Below, piece by piece: positions 60,948-64,000 of a stretch of 64,000 nt of DNA (position 1 is its first letter; each line of letters opens with the position of its first letter). A model generated the notes under the pieces. That model made no database searches, had not been told where the DNA came from, and saw nothing but the letters and a program-made list of their open reading frames with translations. The position numbers and the translations under genes are program-made. Location: IMG/VR virus record IMGVR_UViG_3300037010_001227, positions 124,001 through 188,000 of that record; one strand, given 5' to 3'.

Positions 60948-61421
60948 AGATTATATCGACGAAGTATACAAAAGTATCAATCTGACCAGTCACATATCCC
61001 TTTAGAAACTATAAAATCTGATTTTTCATTATTTGAAAAGCAAATCAGTATTTTAATAGGAAAATTAAATGCTGATGTAAGATTGGTATCTAATACTACT
61101 GTAGTAACATTTGAAAATTCTTCAGTTAAAATTACTGATGACGCGAGTTTAAAAATTGTAATGAGGGAAGGCCCATATAAAGGCACGTTATATATTGGGA
61201 ATAGACAAAAATGGATTGATTTATATACTTTTTACAGTAGTTCAAACAAATTCAATTGGACTATTTTCTGGACAGTTTTAACAGCTTTACTTGGAGCTAT
61301 TGTAGGTGGAGTAATTTCAGAATATTTTAAGTCATGTAAACCTGGACTAATTCAAAGGAAACATTCATGCCAACTATGACATGGGTAGAACTCCAAAGCT
61401 ACTGCTTTCCAAAACCGACTA

Positions 61422-61455
61422 AAATAAGCCCTATCAACCTAGGTAGGGCTTATTT
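61422..61455 (+). terminator. probable (bidirectional) terminator hairpin
   Basis: AAATAAGCCCTATC / GGTAGGGCTTATTT. Confidence 0.6.
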
Positions 61456-61915
61456 ACTTATTGCTAATTATTATTATGAGGGTTAATCTTGACTCGTACT
61501 GTTATAGTAGGATACGAAACCTTTAGTAAATTAAACATAAAAGATTACCCAGATCATTTGATTGAAGTTAGAGTCGATGAAAAGGATCCAAATACTGTAA
61601 TAACTATTTTAAGTGTGGATGAAACTGGTTCAAAACTATGCCACGTAGAGCACTATTTATCTTCAGTAGAATTTGCTACGGTCTCAATGAAGCAGGTTTT
61701 AACAATATATGTAAAACGTAAGATTGTTAGCATGTTTCCAGAAACATTTACTCCAGATGACCCAAAACTTCATTCTTATATCAGTCGATTAAGTTATGAA
61801 GGTATCAAATATGTTTCTGAACATATTGAACAGTTCGCAAAGGAATTCAAAAGCGGTAAAATCGTAATGAAGATTCCTCAGAAACAATATCAGAAAGACA
61901 AACCTAGGAGGTAAC

Positions 61916-62716
61916 ATGACGAAAAAGAAACTAAGACTTCCAAAAGATTCTGAGATTTTGGATGTTATCAAAGAGAAAGTTTTAGTAAGTCATGCAGTAA
62001 CTCTAGCAGCAGAAGATTATATCAAACAGGCTGTTACAGATTATCTCACAAGTTATCTACTGCAAGAACTCGGTTTTGTAGTAGTAAATAAAGATCCAAA
62101 AAACTTAGAATCTTCTATGTTAACGTCTTCATTTCAGCATATAGACGATATTAAATACATTCTTCATGGATGTGTTTCTTCAAAGAACGGCGCTAAGTTT
62201 GTTTCTACTTCAGATGAAAAGCTAACTGAAGAAGAAAAGAAAAGATTGAAGACACGAGAACAACTGTCTATTTGTTCTTTAGAACAGATTATTGAAAACA
62301 CTCAAAACTCTGATGGACAGCCTAGAGTAAAATATATTAAGTTCCGAGAAGATTTACCAGCAAATGCTTCTAGTGCCCAACAGGTTATAAATATGTTGGC
62401 AAAAGAGATCGGTGACTTTGTTTCTGTTCAGAAACCAGCAGAGATTGATTACAAAAAACTTGATTTCTCTAAAATAGCTAATGATAAAGCATTGGACAAG
62501 TTTCTTACTGATATCATTGCTTACGAAGCTGGACTTAAAGATACTCTTGAAGTGGCTTTGGATTTATTTGATCCACTTATTAGAACTCTTGTATTTGACA
62601 AAATGCCAGTTTGGCATGAATTAGCTATTAAAGAAGCTCAAATCTCCAACTTTAACGATATTAGTTTTCAAGTCGTTGAAGATCCTTGGATGAACTTATT
62701 TAATAACTTAACATGA
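61916..62716 (+). CDS. hypothetical protein
   Basis: SD AGGAGG; 266 aa. Confidence 0.8.
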   Translation: MTKKKLRLPKDSEILDVIKEKVLVSHAVTLAAEDYIKQAVTDYLTSYLLQELGFVVVNKDPKNLESSMLTSSFQHIDDIKYILHGCVSSKNGAKFVSTSDEKLTEEEKKRLKTREQLSICSLEQIIENTQNSDGQPRVKYIKFREDLPANASSAQQVINMLAKEIGDFVSVQKPAEIDYKKLDFSKIANDKALDKFLTDIIAYEAGLKDTLEVALDLFDPLIRTLVFDKMPVWHELAIKEAQISNFNDISFQVVEDPWMNLFNNLT

Positions 62717-63234
62717 ATTTTACCATAGAAGATTTATTTTTCGATCATAAAGACTTCGTTTTTACTAAACTTATGATAGCCTCCGCTACAATAGATGATA
62801 AACATTGGGCATCTGTGATAGGTTGTTTGGCGTCTAAATATAAGTTCGCAGTTTCTACCGACACCTTTGCTGGTATGTTAGGGACTGACATAGTGATAAT
62901 ACCGGACCAAAAAGTTTTATTTTCTGCTAAAGTTTTTGAACTCTTTGTCCGATATAACTTTATGAACGATCAGGACGCAGCGGTTCACGAAATGCTTCGG
63001 TCTGAACAGTTTTCAAAGAGGGAGTTGTTTCCTTCAAATAAGTATCCAAATGTTTACCATAGATTTGCTGCTCCAGCAGAAAAACATAGAAGTCCCACTA
63101 AGGGTGTTATCATAATTGATACAGAACTGGACAGTAAGTTTATTACACAGTGGAACTTCTTGAAAAATTACTCCAAATTAAACGGTAATATTAATATGTA
63201 TCTTAACAAATTAAAGGAACTTTCAAATGAATAA
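62713..63234 (+). CDS. hypothetical protein
   Basis: ATGA overlap with the previous gene; 173 aa. Confidence 0.75.
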   Translation: MNFTIEDLFFDHKDFVFTKLMIASATIDDKHWASVIGCLASKYKFAVSTDTFAGMLGTDIVIIPDQKVLFSAKVFELFVRYNFMNDQDAAVHEMLRSEQFSKRELFPSNKYPNVYHRFAAPAEKHRSPTKGVIIIDTELDSKFITQWNFLKNYSKLNGNINMYLNKLKELSNE

Positions 63235-63487
63235 GAGCGATCTAATCCTATCAGTAGCCAGTGCCCAGGAAATTTCCCAGCGTAAAGCTGGTGAGGTTGT
63301 TGATACTGTAATCTCCAGCATCCTAGAAGGTCTGGATAATGATGGTGAAGTAACTCTGCGTGGTTTTGGTAGTCTACAGGTTGTAAAAGCTGCTCCTAGG
63401 ACTGGTCGGAATATTAAGACTGGCGAAGCTATTAGCATTCCTGCTCGTAGTCGGGTTAAGTTCAAGAGCTATATCGAACTCGTATAA
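63227..63487 (+). CDS. hup: HU/IHF-family DNA-binding protein
   Basis: MNKSDLI..VTLRGFGSL..APRTGRNIKTGEAISIPA..VKFK. Confidence 0.95.
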   Translation: MNKSDLILSVASAQEISQRKAGEVVDTVISSILEGLDNDGEVTLRGFGSLQVVKAAPRTGRNIKTGEAISIPARSRVKFKSYIELV

Positions 63488-63519
63488 TTTAATAACAAAC
63501 TAATTAAAAGATTTATATC

Positions 63520-63551
63520 AAATAGGACTAACATCGTGTTAGTCCTATTTT
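63520..63551 (+). terminator. Rho-independent terminator
   Basis: AAATAGGACTAACA-TCG-TGTTAGTCCTATTTT. Confidence 0.75.
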
Positions 63552-64000
63552 ACTTTCTAACAATTTAAAATAATAAGGCTATACAAATGTCAAACCTAAA
63601 CAAACTTTCCGTAAATTCTTCCAACTACAAGGGAACTATCGGAAAGGAAACTCTTTACATTTGCCAGACTTGCCAGCTACATGAAAAGGAACTGGCTCTA
63701 CCTTCACGAAATTACAAGTATTGCAGTGATTGTGGCAATATATCAATAAAGAGTCATCTGGTTGAAAGTTTTAACTGGGTTAACAATAAGGTTACCCCTA
63801 ACTTTGATAACAATGAAGAGTAACTCATAGTGCCTTTAGTTACAAAAGAACTACTTGAACAAAAATTAACAAAGTGGACATTATCAAGTCAGGTTCATAA
63901 AGTTCTTGGTTTTACAGATGAGCAGGAGCTTGAAGTAAAGACAGAACTTAATACTCTTGCTTCCCTTGGTGTAGTAGATAAAGATGGTGCCAAGAGAGGT

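Noticed and set aside
1-64000. Stop-codon reassignment (code 15 or 4) to explain broken ORFs
   Set aside because: Recognisable genes end properly at TAA, TAG and TGA and are full length in code 11. Broken regions contain frameshifts and mixed stop types.

Overview
This AT-rich 64 kb window is best read as part of a large (jumbo-type) tailed-phage genome. Nearly all genes are on the + strand, and I recognise no structural genes or ribosomal/core cellular operons. The first ~13 kb look like an early region of small hypothetical ORFs separated by a family of look-alike hairpins. It also holds four dispersed CCA-ending tRNA genes: Lys-UUU, Ile-UAU, Leu-UAA and a D-arm-less Arg-UCU-like RNA. Downstream are auxiliary genes: RadC/JAB, RlpA, an SF2/Z1-type ATPase, PnuC+NadR, RNase III, three radical SAM enzymes, an RNA repair/end-processing toolkit, dNMP kinase, a deaminase, ThyX, a degenerate NYN protein, a MoxR-AAA plus VWA/metallopeptidase pair, and HU. 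About eight decayed homing-endonuclease genes sit between the intact genes. The most striking candidate system is at 43961-49520: eight paralogues that all begin MK-x-R-x-GFVSNSSS-[SC]-SF and surround a radical SAM/SPASM enzyme, suggesting a phage-encoded protein-modification (RiPP-like) system. All functional calls come from motifs read by eye; no database searches were run.
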